Shown: positions 34,618-45,941, numbered from the stretch's first letter. The stretch is 64,000 nt of DNA from Pseudomonadota bacterium (GCA_027625145.1 JAQBXK010000006.1:24260-88259); one strand, 5' to 3'. The notes: generated by a model from the sequence alone, not told the origin. Made by a program: numbers and translations.

Positions 34618-35292
34618 ATGAAAAATATTTTTTTTTTAATAATATTTTTCACTTTAGTATTCATATTTTCATATTTCTATATTCATGAATTTTTTAATTT
34701 AGATCAATTAAAGAATAATCAAATATTTATAAAACTTTGGGTAAATGAAAATACTATATTTTCCAGATGTTTATTTTTTATTTTATATATTGCCTTTGCA
34801 GGTTTATCAGTTCCTGTCGCACCAAGTGTAATGACAATTGCTGCGGGAGCTTTATTTGGAGTTTTCGAAGGAGTAATTTTAGTTTCTTTTGCTTCTTCAC
34901 TTGGAGCATGTATATGTTTTATTATTTCAAGATATTTTTTATTTGATTATTTTAATAAGAAATTTAGTAAAAAATTCTCTGTTATTTATAAAAATTTTAA
35001 ACAAGATGGAGCATGGTATCTTTTAAGTTTGAGGTTGATTCCAACAATTTCATATATTCTCATAAATTTAATTATGGGAGTGATGCCTATCAGTATAAAA
35101 AAGTTTTACTTCATTAGCCAAATTGGGATGTTGCCTGCAACAATAGTTTACGTATATGCTGGATCAGAAATCTCAAAAATTAATCAAATAAGAGATATCA
35201 TGTCTATTGAATTGTTATTAAGTTTTATTCTAATAGCAAGCTTGCCAATAATATTAAAACTTTTATTAAAGAAATTAAAATTTTCTATCTAA
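34618..35292 (+). CDS. TVP38/TMEM64 (DedA-related) family membrane protein
   Basis: It is a 224-aa polytopic protein with the pattern SLRLIP...N...G. Confidence 0.7.
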   Translation: MKNIFFLIIFFTLVFIFSYFYIHEFFNLDQLKNNQIFIKLWVNENTIFSRCLFFILYIAFAGLSVPVAPSVMTIAAGALFGVFEGVILVSFASSLGACICFIISRYFLFDYFNKKFSKKFSVIYKNFKQDGAWYLLSLRLIPTISYILINLIMGVMPISIKKFYFISQIGMLPATIVYVYAGSEISKINQIRDIMSIELLLSFILIASLPIILKLLLKKLKFSI

Positions 35293-35363
35293 CTTTTCAA
35301 TGTTAGTCATATATCAAGTTTTTTTGATTTTTTTGGTTAATGTTTCTAATTCTATTTCTCTTA

Positions 35364-37304
35364 TTATAAATTTTTTCGATTGTTAACTAAATTTTCAACA
35401 ACCGCTGGATCAGCTAGAGTAGACACATCTCCTAGTTCATCATGCTCATTTGCTGCAATTTTTCTTAAGATTCTTCTCATAATTTTTCCAGACCTTGTTT
35501 TAGGAAGACCAGGTGCAAATTGAATTAAATCTGGTGTAGCTATTGGTCCTATTTCTTTTCTGACCCACTTCTTTAATTCACCTAATAATTCATCTGAAGG
35601 AGTAACATCTATATTAATAGTTACATATGCGTATATTCCTTGTCCTTTAATATTATGGGGATATCCTACAACTGCTGCTTCCGCTACTTGTGGATGCGCT
35701 ACAAGAGCAGATTCCACTTCAGCAGTTCCCATTCTATGTCCAGATACATTAATTACATCGTCAACTCTTCCAGTAATCCAAAAATATCCATCTTCATCTC
35801 TTCTACAGCCATCGCCAGAAAAATATCTTCCCGGAAAAGTTGAAAAATATGTTTCTATAAAACGTTTATGGTCACCAAAAACTGTTCTCATTTGTCCTGG
35901 CCATGACATGTTAATACATAAGTTACCTTCTGAAGGTCCATTTAATTCATTGTTTTCATTATCTACGAGAACTGGCTTAATGCCAAAAAATGGTTTAGTT
36001 GCAGAACCAGGTTTTGTAGACGTTGCTCCAGGAAGAGGAGTGATTAAAATTCCTCCAGTCTCAGTTTGCCACCAAGTATCGACTATTGGGCATTTCCCAT
36101 TTCCAATTACATTATTGTACCAATTCCAAGCTTCAGGGTTGATTGGTTCGCCTACACTTCCTAAAACTCTTAAGCTTGAACGACTTGTTTTTTTTACAGG
36201 CTCATCTCCTTCTGCCATTAAAGCACGAATTGCAGTTGGTGCAGTGTAGAAAATATTGACTTTATGCTTATCTACAATTTGCCAAAATCGGCTTGCGTCT
36301 GGATAATTAGGAACTCCTTCAAACATTAAAGTTGTTGCTCCATTTGAAAGAGGCCCATAAACAATATAAGAATGACCTGTCACCCATCCTACATCAGCTG
36401 TACACCAATAAATTTCACCATCATGATAATCAAAAACGTAATGATGTGTCATTGAAGTGTAAACCATATATCCTCCAGTAGTATGAAGAACTCCTTTTGG
36501 CTTTCCAGTTGAACCAGATGTGTATAGAATAAACATTGGATCTTCAGCATTCATTTCCGTTGGCACGCATTCAGACGAAGCTTTTTTCATCTCTTCGTGA
36601 TACCAAATGTCTTGTCCATCTATCCAATTAATATCTCCACCTGTTCTTTTAACAACAATAGTAGTTTTACACATTTTAGCTTTTGCTATGGCTTCATCTG
36701 TATTAGATTTAAGTGGTATAGTTTTCCCACTTCTAACACCTTCATCAGCAGTAATAATTATAGTTGAATCACAATCCTCAATTCTTCCTGCTAAGGCATC
36801 GGGAGAAAAGCCTCCAAATACTACAGAGTGAATAGCTCCAATTCTTGTGCAAGCTAACATGGCAATCGTTGCCTCTGGGATCATAGGCATATAAATGGTT
36901 ATACGATCTCCCTTCTTTGCACCGACTTTCTTAAGAACATTCGAAAATTTACATACATCTTCATATAACTGTTTGTATGTAATATGTTTAGATTCATTTG
37001 GATTGTCTCCTTCCCAAATGATAGCAGTGCTGTCACCTTTAGTTTTTAAATGTCTATCAAGACAGTTTGCGCTAGCGTTAAGGGTGCCATCTTCATACCA
37101 TTTTATTTGAAGATCTTCTTTTGCATAAGATACATTACTTATCTTTTTATAAGGCTTTATCCAATCAATTCTTTTACCATGAGTATCCCAAAATACATCA
37201 GGATCATTAATTGATTCCTCATACATTTTTTCATATTGTTCTGAGTTTACATGAGCATTTTTAACAACATTTGAGCTTGGTATATAAATATTGTTTTTTG
37301 TCAT
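35364..37304 (-). CDS. acs: Acetyl-CoA synthetase
   Basis: It is 646 aa. Motifs are [43 protein letters not shown] and [12 protein letters not shown]. Confidence 0.95.
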   Translation of the reverse strand: MTKNNIYIPSSNVVKNAHVNSEQYEKMYEESINDPDVFWDTHGKRIDWIKPYKKISNVSYAKEDLQIKWYEDGTLNASANCLDRHLKTKGDSTAIIWEGDNPNESKHITYKQLYEDVCKFSNVLKKVGAKKGDRITIYMPMIPEATIAMLACTRIGAIHSVVFGGFSPDALAGRIEDCDSTIIITADEGVRSGKTIPLKSNTDEAIAKAKMCKTTIVVKRTGGDINWIDGQDIWYHEEMKKASSECVPTEMNAEDPMFILYTSGSTGKPKGVLHTTGGYMVYTSMTHHYVFDYHDGEIYWCTADVGWVTGHSYIVYGPLSNGATTLMFEGVPNYPDASRFWQIVDKHKVNIFYTAPTAIRALMAEGDEPVKKTSRSSLRVLGSVGEPINPEAWNWYNNVIGNGKCPIVDTWWQTETGGILITPLPGATSTKPGSATKPFFGIKPVLVDNENNELNGPSEGNLCINMSWPGQMRTVFGDHKRFIETYFSTFPGRYFSGDGCRRDEDGYFWITGRVDDVINVSGHRMGTAEVESALVAHPQVAEAAVVGYPHNIKGQGIYAYVTINIDVTPSDELLGELKKWVRKEIGPIATPDLIQFAPGLPKTRSGKIMRRILRKIAANEHDELGDVSTLADPAVVENLVNNRKNL

Positions 37305-37347
37305 AATTTTCTCCCCAATTGAAATTTAGTTCTATTGTATAATGATA

Positions 37348-37923
37348 TTATATTGCATCTTCCAGAATTAAATCAGCATTTGCAAGATCAGTAATATTTA
37401 AAACTTTATTTATTATTGATAAATTAAATCCTCTTCTGGATAAAGAGCCAATCCATTTTTTTTTTAAAAGATATTGATCATGTTCTTCTTCAGAAAATTT
37501 TTTTTTATAAAAAACTCCTATGTTTTTTTTTCTAATAAAATTTATTGCCGCAATCATTTCGGCATTATTGTTTCCTTCATCTACTATCTCTATTGCATTT
37601 TTTATTATATTATCAGTAATACCGTTATGCTTTAATTTAGCAAATATTAATCGTTCTGAGCCTCCTTGACGTCTAATAGAACGCGATTGCATCTCTGCAT
37701 AACGTTTATCGTCTATGAAACCAGAAGCAATCATTTCTTTTTGAATTTGATCAACAATTTCAATTTTTAACTCTTCATGTAATTGATTGTCAAAACCTGA
37801 TAACTTTCTAATCATCGTATTTTTAAATTGAAATTTAGATACTTCATAACGAGCCAGATATGATATTGCAGAATTTCTCATTCGTTTTATGATTTTATCA
37901 TGATTGTTCATTAAACTGTTCAT
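37348..37923 (-). CDS. recX: RecX-like regulatory protein
   Basis: It has repeated three-helix RecX-like segments (AISYLARYEVSKFQFKNTMIRKL, SGFIDDKRYAE, KLKHNGI). Confidence 0.6.
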   Translation of the reverse strand: MNSLMNNHDKIIKRMRNSAISYLARYEVSKFQFKNTMIRKLSGFDNQLHEELKIEIVDQIQKEMIASGFIDDKRYAEMQSRSIRRQGGSERLIFAKLKHNGITDNIIKNAIEIVDEGNNNAEMIAAINFIRKKNIGVFYKKKFSEEEHDQYLLKKKWIGSLSRRGFNLSIINKVLNITDLANADLILEDAI

Positions 37924-37985
37924 TCATGTTTGTTAATATTTGTTAAATCAATTATATATATTTTTAAATTATTTGTTAACCTTTT

Positions 37986-38813
37986 ATGAGCTCAAGGAAA
38001 ATCATGATTAATAAAAATGTAAATCTAGGAGTTCGAAGAGAAATTGGTTTAGTAAATTGGATAGGTTTATTCACTCTTTACATAAAAGAAGTTAAAAGAT
38101 TTACAAATGTTTTTTTGCAAACCATAACAGCTCCAATGGTAACAACTCTATTATTTGTAATAGTTTTTTCTGTAGCAATAGACAGAAGTGCGGGTTTTAA
38201 AGGTATACCTTTTATTAAATTTTTAGTGCCAGGATTGATTATGATGAGTGTTTTGCAAAACTCTTTTGCTAATGTTTCATCTGCTTTTATGACAGCAAAG
38301 GTACAAGGTTCAATTGTAGACTTATTAATGTCACCATTAGGTCCAATTGAGATAATGGTTGCTCATATTCTTGCAGGTATTACTAGAGGGTTATGTGTGT
38401 TTTTAGCTTCCTTTTGTCTGCTTTGGTCTTTAGGTGTTTTAAATTTCCCCAATCATTTTTTTTGGATGGTTTTATTTTTATTTCAAGGAGGGTTTGCTCT
38501 AGCTGTTATAGGAATGATGGCAGGCATTTGGGCACAGAAATTTGATCAACTCGCTATAATATCAAACTTTATAATCCAACCATTAGCTTTTTTATCAGGA
38601 ACTTTTTATTCTATTGAAAGGTTACCAGATGCCTTAAAGGTAATAGCTTACTTTAACCCAATATTTTATGCTATAGACGGACTGAGATTTAGCTTTTTAG
38701 GAATAAGCGATACGTCACCAGTAACAGGCAGTATCATTTTGTTTTTATGCAATATAATTCTTAGCTTTTGTGCTTGGTATATATTAAAGTCTGGTTATAG
38801 ATTGAGAGCTTAG
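37986..38813 (+). CDS. ABC-2 type transporter permease (no adjacent ATPase)
   Basis: It has six TM segments in an ABC-2/NodJ-like pattern. It is 275 aa. Confidence 0.7.
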   Translation: MSSRKIMINKNVNLGVRREIGLVNWIGLFTLYIKEVKRFTNVFLQTITAPMVTTLLFVIVFSVAIDRSAGFKGIPFIKFLVPGLIMMSVLQNSFANVSSAFMTAKVQGSIVDLLMSPLGPIEIMVAHILAGITRGLCVFLASFCLLWSLGVLNFPNHFFWMVLFLFQGGFALAVIGMMAGIWAQKFDQLAIISNFIIQPLAFLSGTFYSIERLPDALKVIAYFNPIFYAIDGLRFSFLGISDTSPVTGSIILFLCNIILSFCAWYILKSGYRLRA

Positions 38814-38829
38814 ATTATCAAAGATAACT

Positions 38830-39993
38830 ATGGAAAATTTTAGGATGAATAAAGTGCAAAAATCAGTTGGTATTTTACCTAGTCAAGAAATACTAGATTT
38901 AATTGATAAAAAAATTATTACTAGTGATTATGATGTTGATAGAGACATAATTCAACCAGCTTCTATTGATTTAAGGCTAGGAAATAAGGCTTGGAGGGTT
39001 CCAGCTTCTTTTCTTCCAGGAAAGGGTAACAAAGTATCAAGTAGACTTAAAGATTTAGCTATGCATGAATTCAGCCTGATTGATGGAGCTGTTTTAGAAT
39101 GTGGATGTGTTTATATAGTTAAATTACTTGAGAGTGTCTCTCTTACGAGTGACTTAACTGGAATTGCTAATCCTAAGAGTTCAACTGGAAGGTTAGATAT
39201 ATTTACTAGGTTAATAGTCGATGGAGCACAAGAATTTGAAACGGTTCCTTCTGGTTACGAAGGGCCACTTTATGCAGAGATATCACCTAGAACTTTTTCT
39301 ATTCTAGTAAGAACTGGTTCTAGATTGAACCAATTAAGATTAAGAAGAGGCACATCATTTACTAGTGATAAAGAAATGGAAATTTTACAGGAGCATTTAG
39401 GTTTAGTTAGAAATAACGATAGCTTAGAATTACCTGATACAATAAAAAATGGTGTCCCATTATCTGTAGATTTGTCTGGAGAAAATGGTTTAATAGGTTT
39501 TAAAGCTAGAAAACATTCAATGTTAATTGATATTGATAAGCCAAATTTTTATAAATCAGAATTATTCTGGGAAAAAATTACAACTGAAGATTTGTTACAT
39601 TCAGAACATTTTTCTGAAACCAAAAAAAATACGGGAGCATTAGTTTTGATTCCAGATGCTTTTTACATTCTTGCTAGTCAAGAATATGTATCCGTTCCAT
39701 CAAATTATGCAGCAGAAATGAGAGCTTATGATACTAAGGTTGGAGAATTTAGAGCGCATTATGCTGGTTTTTTTGATCCTGGGTTTGGGTTGTTAGAATT
39801 AGGTGCATCTAAAACGAAAGCAGTATTAGAAGTCAGGTCACATGATGTCCCTTTTTTAATTGAACAAGGTCAAACAGTATGCAGACTTGTATACGAAACA
39901 ATGGCTGCAGTTCCAAAGCATTTATATGGAGAAGCGGGAAGCACAAGTAATTATCAAGCTCAAGGTTTAAAACTAGCTAAGCATTTTATTTAA
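38830..39993 (+). CDS. Long (about 380 aa) 2'-deoxycytidine 5'-triphosphate deaminase-like protein (PF06559-like)
   Basis: The N-terminus, ILPSQEILDL...IQPASIDLRLG, is dCTP-deaminase/dUTPase-fold-like. The length is about twice that of canonical Dcd. The start may instead be ATG 38845. Confidence 0.65.
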   Translation: MENFRMNKVQKSVGILPSQEILDLIDKKIITSDYDVDRDIIQPASIDLRLGNKAWRVPASFLPGKGNKVSSRLKDLAMHEFSLIDGAVLECGCVYIVKLLESVSLTSDLTGIANPKSSTGRLDIFTRLIVDGAQEFETVPSGYEGPLYAEISPRTFSILVRTGSRLNQLRLRRGTSFTSDKEMEILQEHLGLVRNNDSLELPDTIKNGVPLSVDLSGENGLIGFKARKHSMLIDIDKPNFYKSELFWEKITTEDLLHSEHFSETKKNTGALVLIPDAFYILASQEYVSVPSNYAAEMRAYDTKVGEFRAHYAGFFDPGFGLLELGASKTKAVLEVRSHDVPFLIEQGQTVCRLVYETMAAVPKHLYGEAGSTSNYQAQGLKLAKHFI

Positions 39994-40080
39994 ATTGTTT
40001 TAAGTGATTTATTTACTTTTTATTTAATTAATCTTATGGCTATAATATTTAATAGTGATAAATTTTAAAAAGAGATTGTT

Positions 40081-41283
40081 ATGACATTTAGCTCATCAAT
40101 TATGACTACATACGGAAGAATTGATATTGCTTTTACTCATGGTGAAGGTAGTTTTTTAATTTCTGAAGATGGAAAAAGATATTTAGATTATGCGACAGGG
40201 ATAGCAGTTAATGCCTTTGGTCATTGTCATCCAAAATTAGTGGCAGCTCTCCAAGATCAAGCTTCAAAGTTGTGGCATACGTCTAATCTTTATAGAATTC
40301 CTGAACAGGAGGTTGTTGCAGAAAAATTAGTTGCCAATTCGTGTGCTGATAGAGTATTTTTTTGTAATTCAGGAGCAGAAGCTACAGAAGGAGCAGTTAA
40401 AGTTGCAAGAAGATATGCTTGGTCTAAAGGAGAAAAAGAAAGAACTGAAATAATATGTGCTACTGGAGCTTTTCATGGAAGAACATTGGCGATGTTAGCT
40501 GCTAATGACAGACCTTTATTTAGAGAAGGTTTTGGACCTTCAGCTCAAGGATTCACACATGTGGATTGGGGCGATATAGATAGCTTAAAAAAACAAATGG
40601 GAAAACATGTTGCTGCCATATTAGTAGAGCCAGTTCAAGGAGAAGGAGGCGCAAGAAAAGCCCCTTCAGGATATTTAAAATTAATAAAAGATATAGCTTT
40701 AGAAAATGGAAGTTTATTAATTTCTGATGAGGTTCAAATAGGAATGGGAAGATCAGGAACTTTATTTGCTTATGAACAAGAAGGCATAGAGCCAGATATT
40801 ATCGCTTTAGCTAAAGGGTTAGGTGGAGGTTTTCCTGTAGGTGCAGTTATGGCAAAAGCTTCTGTAGGCGACGCAATGATACCTGGAACTCATGGCAGCA
40901 CGTTTGGAGGAAATCCTTTAGCTATGAGATCTGCAAATGCTGTGCTAGATCTTTTGTTAGAAGATGGATTTTTAGATATTTTAAGAGATAATATAATATA
41001 TTTTGATAACAAAATGAATGATCTAATAAAAAATAATTTATGCAATAAAAATATTTTATTGAAAACTAAAGGTTCAGGAATGCTTAGAGGATTTCAGCTT
41101 CATGATAATATTAACGCAGGAGATTTTGTAAATATTGCAAGATCAAAAGGCTTGTTATTAGTTGGAGCAGCTGAAAATACTGTTAGATTACTTCCTCCTT
41201 TAAATACCTCCAAAAATGAAATAAATATGGCATTTAAAATTTTGAATGAAGTTATATTAGAAATGAAGAACAAGTCGGATTAA
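40081..41283 (+). CDS. argD: Acetylornithine (succinylornithine) aminotransferase
   Basis: It has class-III aminotransferase motifs (FCNSGAEA, DEVQIGMGRSG, LAKGLGGGFP). Confidence 0.9.
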   Translation: MTFSSSIMTTYGRIDIAFTHGEGSFLISEDGKRYLDYATGIAVNAFGHCHPKLVAALQDQASKLWHTSNLYRIPEQEVVAEKLVANSCADRVFFCNSGAEATEGAVKVARRYAWSKGEKERTEIICATGAFHGRTLAMLAANDRPLFREGFGPSAQGFTHVDWGDIDSLKKQMGKHVAAILVEPVQGEGGARKAPSGYLKLIKDIALENGSLLISDEVQIGMGRSGTLFAYEQEGIEPDIIALAKGLGGGFPVGAVMAKASVGDAMIPGTHGSTFGGNPLAMRSANAVLDLLLEDGFLDILRDNIIYFDNKMNDLIKNNLCNKNILLKTKGSGMLRGFQLHDNINAGDFVNIARSKGLLLVGAAENTVRLLPPLNTSKNEINMAFKILNEVILEMKNKSD

Positions 41284-41284
41284 A

Positions 41285-42172
41285 ATGCCTAATTTTATTG
41301 ATTTAAAAGAACTTACAACTGAAGATTTGATTAAAATAATTTCATTATCTATAAAATGGAAATCTAAAGCTGCGCCAAAGTTTATGAAAGATAAACAAGC
41401 TGTTTTAATATTTGAAAAACCCTCTTTAAGAACTCGTATTTCGTTTGAAGTAGGGATAAATCAGTTAGGTGGTAATTCTAATATTTTAAATGAAAAAGAA
41501 ATGCAACTAGGTCAAAGGGAAACAATTGAAGACACTGCAAGGGTATTAGAACGATATGCAGATATGATTATTATTAGATGTTTTGGACATAATCAAATGA
41601 TAAATTTTGCAAATATATCTAATGTGCCCGTCGTAAATGCTTTAACTGATCATAGTCATCCTTGTCAGGTAGTGGCAGACTTAGTTACCATTAAAGAACA
41701 TCTGATTGATTTTAAAAATAAAAAAATCGCATGGTTTGGAGATTGTAATAATGTTCTTCAGAGTTGGATTGAAGCTTCGGTTTTACTTGATTTTGAACTG
41801 AATATAGCTTGTCCTGAAGGAATGTCTCCTCAACAAGAAACTATGACTTGGGCTATTGAAAAAAACAATAAAATAAAAATTATGCATGATCCATATTTAG
41901 CTGCTGATGGAGCTAATTGTATTATTACTGATACATGGACATCTATGGGGGATAAAAAAATATCTCCTGAAAATATCTTTTTGCCATATCAAGTGAATGA
42001 AAATATCATGAGTTTGGCAGATAAAAATGCTATTTTTATGCATTGTTTACCTGCATACCGCGGAAAAGAAGTTAGTAAAGAAGTGTTTGAAGGCATACAA
42101 TCTGTTGTGTTTGATGAAGCAGAGAATAGGTTACACGCTCAAAAGGCAATTATGCATTATTGTCTATCTTAA
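41285..42172 (+). CDS. argF: Ornithine carbamoyltransferase
   Basis: Motifs are SLRTRISFE, HPCQ, DTWTSMG and HCLPAYRG. Confidence 0.9.
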   Translation: MPNFIDLKELTTEDLIKIISLSIKWKSKAAPKFMKDKQAVLIFEKPSLRTRISFEVGINQLGGNSNILNEKEMQLGQRETIEDTARVLERYADMIIIRCFGHNQMINFANISNVPVVNALTDHSHPCQVVADLVTIKEHLIDFKNKKIAWFGDCNNVLQSWIEASVLLDFELNIACPEGMSPQQETMTWAIEKNNKIKIMHDPYLAADGANCIITDTWTSMGDKKISPENIFLPYQVNENIMSLADKNAIFMHCLPAYRGKEVSKEVFEGIQSVVFDEAENRLHAQKAIMHYCLS

Positions 42173-42202
42173 CTAATAAGATTACATATCAGGTATATTA
42201 AA

Positions 42203-43090
42203 ATGTTAAATGAAACTAATACAGTTATCCCTTTTCAATTAGGAGATAATCAAGTTAGAGGTAGTATAGTAAGGTTGGGAACTACTGTCTCAAATATTAT
42301 AAAACGGCACAATTATCCTAAAGTTATTGAAAGTTTTCTTTCGGATGCTTTGAGCCTTACTGCTTGTATAGGCTCTAGAATGAAACATAAGGGAATTTTT
42401 ACCTTGCAGGCAAAAGGTAACGGTGAGGTTCATACATTATTTTCTGACATAACAAATGATGGTTTTTTAAGAGGATATGCAGGTTTTGAAACAGAATGTT
42501 TAAATTGTGAAAATGATTTGTTATCTTTGATGGGAACTGGCCATATATCATTTACATTAGATCAAGGAGAGTTTTCTAAAAGGTACCAAGGTATTGTAAC
42601 TTTAGAAGGAAAAAGTTTATCAAAATCAGCAGAACATTATTTTAATAATTCCGAACAATTAAAAACAAGTTTTGTTACTTTTAATTCTTATGGCTTTGAT
42701 AAAAAGAAAGATGAAGCTATGCAATTATATTCAGCAGGCCTTATTATGCTTCAGAAAATGCCAAATAAGAATGATTATATTGATAATGAGAATAATGAAG
42801 AAGTGTGGGATACTTCATTAAAATTTTTATCGACGTTAAATAAAGAAGAGTTCTTATCCTCTAATCTTTCTTCAGAAAATATTCTTTTAAGGTTATTTAA
42901 TCAAATTGGAGTAACGGTTTATGACAAAATTGAAATAAGAGATCAATGCAGATGTTCTGATGAAAAAGTTCAGTCAGCTTTAGAAACTTTAAGCAAAGAC
43001 GATTTACATAATATATCGGATATAGATGGAAATATCAAAGTAGTATGTGAGTTTTGTAAACAAGAAAGAAATTATCCAAATGAAGTCTAA
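42203..43090 (+). CDS. hslO: Redox-regulated chaperone Hsp33
   Basis: It has the C-terminal zinc motif CRCS...CEFCK and is 295 aa. Confidence 0.88.
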   Translation: MLNETNTVIPFQLGDNQVRGSIVRLGTTVSNIIKRHNYPKVIESFLSDALSLTACIGSRMKHKGIFTLQAKGNGEVHTLFSDITNDGFLRGYAGFETECLNCENDLLSLMGTGHISFTLDQGEFSKRYQGIVTLEGKSLSKSAEHYFNNSEQLKTSFVTFNSYGFDKKKDEAMQLYSAGLIMLQKMPNKNDYIDNENNEEVWDTSLKFLSTLNKEEFLSSNLSSENILLRLFNQIGVTVYDKIEIRDQCRCSDEKVQSALETLSKDDLHNISDIDGNIKVVCEFCKQERNYPNEV

Positions 43091-43104
43091 TAATAGTTAA
43101 AAGA

Positions 43105-44550
43105 TTAATTTTTCCAGAATAAAGGAGAAAACATAACTAAAATAGCAAAAATTTCTAATCTACCTATAATCATTCCTGCACATAAAGATAACTTTCCTAT
43201 ATCTGGAATGCTTTGATAAGATCCTGATGGTCCAATAACATCACCTAACCCTGGTCCAACATTGCCAATTGCTGATGCCGCTCCAGAAATTGCAGTAATT
43301 AAATCTAAACCAAGGCTTCCTAAAATACATGCTAATATTGCAAAACATAATATATATAAGAAAAAAAAGCCCATAACAGATTCTGAAACATTCTCAGGTA
43401 TTGGTTTTTTATTATAATATGATACGACTATTGCGTGAGGTCTAATTAATTTTGATATTTGAGATTTAGCATTGGCTACCAAAATTTGAATACGAGCCAT
43501 TCGAAGTCCACATGTTGTTGATCCAGCGCATCCTCCAATAAACATAAGGATTAATAATAGTGTTGTTGCAAAACCTCCCCAACTATTAAAATCAGATGTG
43601 CCAAAGCCAGTTCCAGTAATAATAGAAACAACATTAAATGATGCTAGTCTTAGCGCTTTTAAATATGGAACATCATGTAGATAAAGGTAAAGTGAAATTA
43701 TAAAAATAACAAATATTACTAATGTAAAAAACCACTTAACTTGATCATCGCTAATTAGATTTTTCCATCCATTTTTAGTTATTGAAAGGTAGTGAACAAA
43801 AGGTAATGATCCTACTATCATTCCAAAAGTTATAATTATCTCAATAGAATATGAATTAAAGGCTGCTAATGATAATGATTTAGTTGAATATCCCCCAGTA
43901 GAAATAGTTGTCATGGCATGAGCAATAGAATCAAAAACTGGCATTCCAGCTCCCCACAACATAAAAGCCCAAATTATTGTTAAAGTTAAATAAACTATAC
44001 TTATACCAGCAGCAAAACTTGCGGCTTTTGGTACAACTTTTTCAGGAGTTTCATATGATTCGGTTTTAAAAAGCTGCATGCCACCTATTGAAAGCATTGG
44101 TAATATTGCTAACGCCATTACAATTATACCTACGCCACCTAACCATTGAAGAAGTGCTCGCCAAATTAAAATACCATGCGATGTATTTTCTAGATTTAGA
44201 ATTACTGTTGCTCCAGTTGTTGTTATTCCAGAGGTCGATTCAAAAATCGAATCCACAAAACTCATATTTATTTCTGAAAAGAAAAAAGGCAATGACCCAA
44301 ATAAAGCTATGGATAACCAAGCACTGTTAGTTAATAAAAAGGCTTGACGTAATTCCAGATGCTCTGTGGAACTTCCTTTAGTAGTCAAATAAGCTATTCC
44401 ACCAAACAAAAAAGTTATTAAAGAAGATCCAAGAAATGCAGGCCAGTCATTGCTTCCATATAACCAATCTACTAAAGCAGGGATCAACATAAACAATGCT
44501 AAAATACAGAGTAATATTCCTATTAAATAAACTATCGGAGAAAATTTCAT
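43105..44550 (-). CDS. trkH: Trk-type potassium uptake protein TrkH
   Basis: It is a 481-aa polytopic protein with repeated pore-loop motifs (TTTG, STGG, GTGF, GNVGPG). Confidence 0.9.
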   Translation of the reverse strand: MKFSPIVYLIGILLCILALFMLIPALVDWLYGSNDWPAFLGSSLITFLFGGIAYLTTKGSSTEHLELRQAFLLTNSAWLSIALFGSLPFFFSEINMSFVDSIFESTSGITTTGATVILNLENTSHGILIWRALLQWLGGVGIIVMALAILPMLSIGGMQLFKTESYETPEKVVPKAASFAAGISIVYLTLTIIWAFMLWGAGMPVFDSIAHAMTTISTGGYSTKSLSLAAFNSYSIEIIITFGMIVGSLPFVHYLSITKNGWKNLISDDQVKWFFTLVIFVIFIISLYLYLHDVPYLKALRLASFNVVSIITGTGFGTSDFNSWGGFATTLLLILMFIGGCAGSTTCGLRMARIQILVANAKSQISKLIRPHAIVVSYYNKKPIPENVSESVMGFFFLYILCFAILACILGSLGLDLITAISGAASAIGNVGPGLGDVIGPSGSYQSIPDIGKLSLCAGMIIGRLEIFAILVMFSPLFWKN

Positions 44551-44593
44551 GATATATTATTACTTTAAATAGGTTTTAAAACTATTAATAAAT

Positions 44594-45208
44594 TTAATCA
44601 GCCATCTTGATGAATCTATCTTGCAAATTAGTGTCTTTAATAAAACAACCACTAAATCTATTTGTAGTCATAGTCACGTTATTTTTTAAAACACCTCTAG
44701 TTGTCATGCAGTGATGTTCTGCTTCTATTAAAACAGCAGTTCCTTTGGGAGACAAAGCATCATCTATACAATTTAAAATTTGAGCGGTCATTGTTTCTTG
44801 TGTTTGTAATCTTTTTGCAAAAACGTCAAGAACCCTTGCTAGTTTTGATATGCCAACAACTTTTTTATTTGGATAGTATCCTATCGTTGCTCGGCCTATA
44901 ATAGGTACCATATGATGTTCACAATGACTTTCAAAATTTATATTTTTTAAAATTACGATATCATCGTATCCCTCAACATCTTCAAATGTTTTTGATAATA
45001 TTTCTTCTCCATTTAAAGAATAGCCAGAATAAAATTCTTTAAATGATTTTATAACTCTTCTAGGTGTGTCTATAAGACCCTCTCTATTTGGGTCATCGCC
45101 TAAATATTGGATTAATGTTTTTATAGCTGCTTCTGCATCAGCTTTAGTAATCTTGGATTTACTATTATCTAGTATGGCAGAATTAGTCGCTGTTCCGAAA
45201 GAATTCAT
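44594..45208 (-). CDS. folE: GTP cyclohydrolase I
   Basis: Motifs are SHCEHHMVP, RLQTQE and EHHCM. Confidence 0.93.
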   Translation of the reverse strand: MNSFGTATNSAILDNSKSKITKADAEAAIKTLIQYLGDDPNREGLIDTPRRVIKSFKEFYSGYSLNGEEILSKTFEDVEGYDDIVILKNINFESHCEHHMVPIIGRATIGYYPNKKVVGISKLARVLDVFAKRLQTQETMTAQILNCIDDALSPKGTAVLIEAEHHCMTTRGVLKNNVTMTTNRFSGCFIKDTNLQDRFIKMAD

Positions 45209-45287
45209 CGTTAAACCTTTTTGTTATTTATGATATTACTATCAAATTAAATTATTTTAGAAAAGTATTAATTAATGTTTATGTTTA

Positions 45288-45941
45288 CTAATATTTTTTA
45301 CTAAATTTTATTAGATCAAGAGGTTCATAATCACTTATTAATTTATCACTTTCATCATGAGTAACCAGTATACATGGTATATTTTTAATTCTTATTTGAT
45401 TCATTACAAATAATCTAAAACTATTTCTGTGATCAGGGTCTAAAGATGAAAAAGGTTCATCTAATAGAAGAGCCTCTGGTTCTGATAAAATAGCACGAAG
45501 GCAGGCAACTCTAGCTTTTTGTCCTCCGGATAATGTGTTGGGATATCTATTTTCAAATCCTTCAATATCAGCATTAAACAAACTTTCATTTACTAGAAGG
45601 TTTTTTTCTCTATTTGTTAAAGATTTTTTAATTCCAAAAATTAAATTTTGATGAACCGTAAGATGAGGAAACAAGATTCCATCTTGGAGAAGAAGTCCTA
45701 TTTTTCTTTTTTCAGGAGGTAAGTTAGTTATTTTTTTATTGTTTAAAATAATATCCCCAGTAAAACATAGATTACGCTCATATACTCCTGAAATAATCTT
45801 TATTAAAGAAGACTTTCCAACACCACTTGCTCCAAAAATAGTAAGAATATTTCCATTATTAATTTTTAAGTTTAAATTTTCTATAAATGGCTTTTGCTTT
45901 AAAAAAATCCAATTCATGGAGATGTTTATTAATTCAAGCAA
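45288..45941 (-). CDS. ABC transporter ATP-binding protein (no adjacent permease)
   Basis: It has Walker A (GASGVGKSS), the signature LSGGQKARV and Walker B (LLLDEP). It uses a TTG start. Confidence 0.8.
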   Translation of the reverse strand: MLELINISMNWIFLKQKPFIENLNLKINNGNILTIFGASGVGKSSLIKIISGVYERNLCFTGDIILNNKKITNLPPEKRKIGLLLQDGILFPHLTVHQNLIFGIKKSLTNREKNLLVNESLFNADIEGFENRYPNTLSGGQKARVACLRAILSEPEALLLDEPFSSLDPDHRNSFRLFVMNQIRIKNIPCILVTHDESDKLISDYEPLDLIKFSKKY

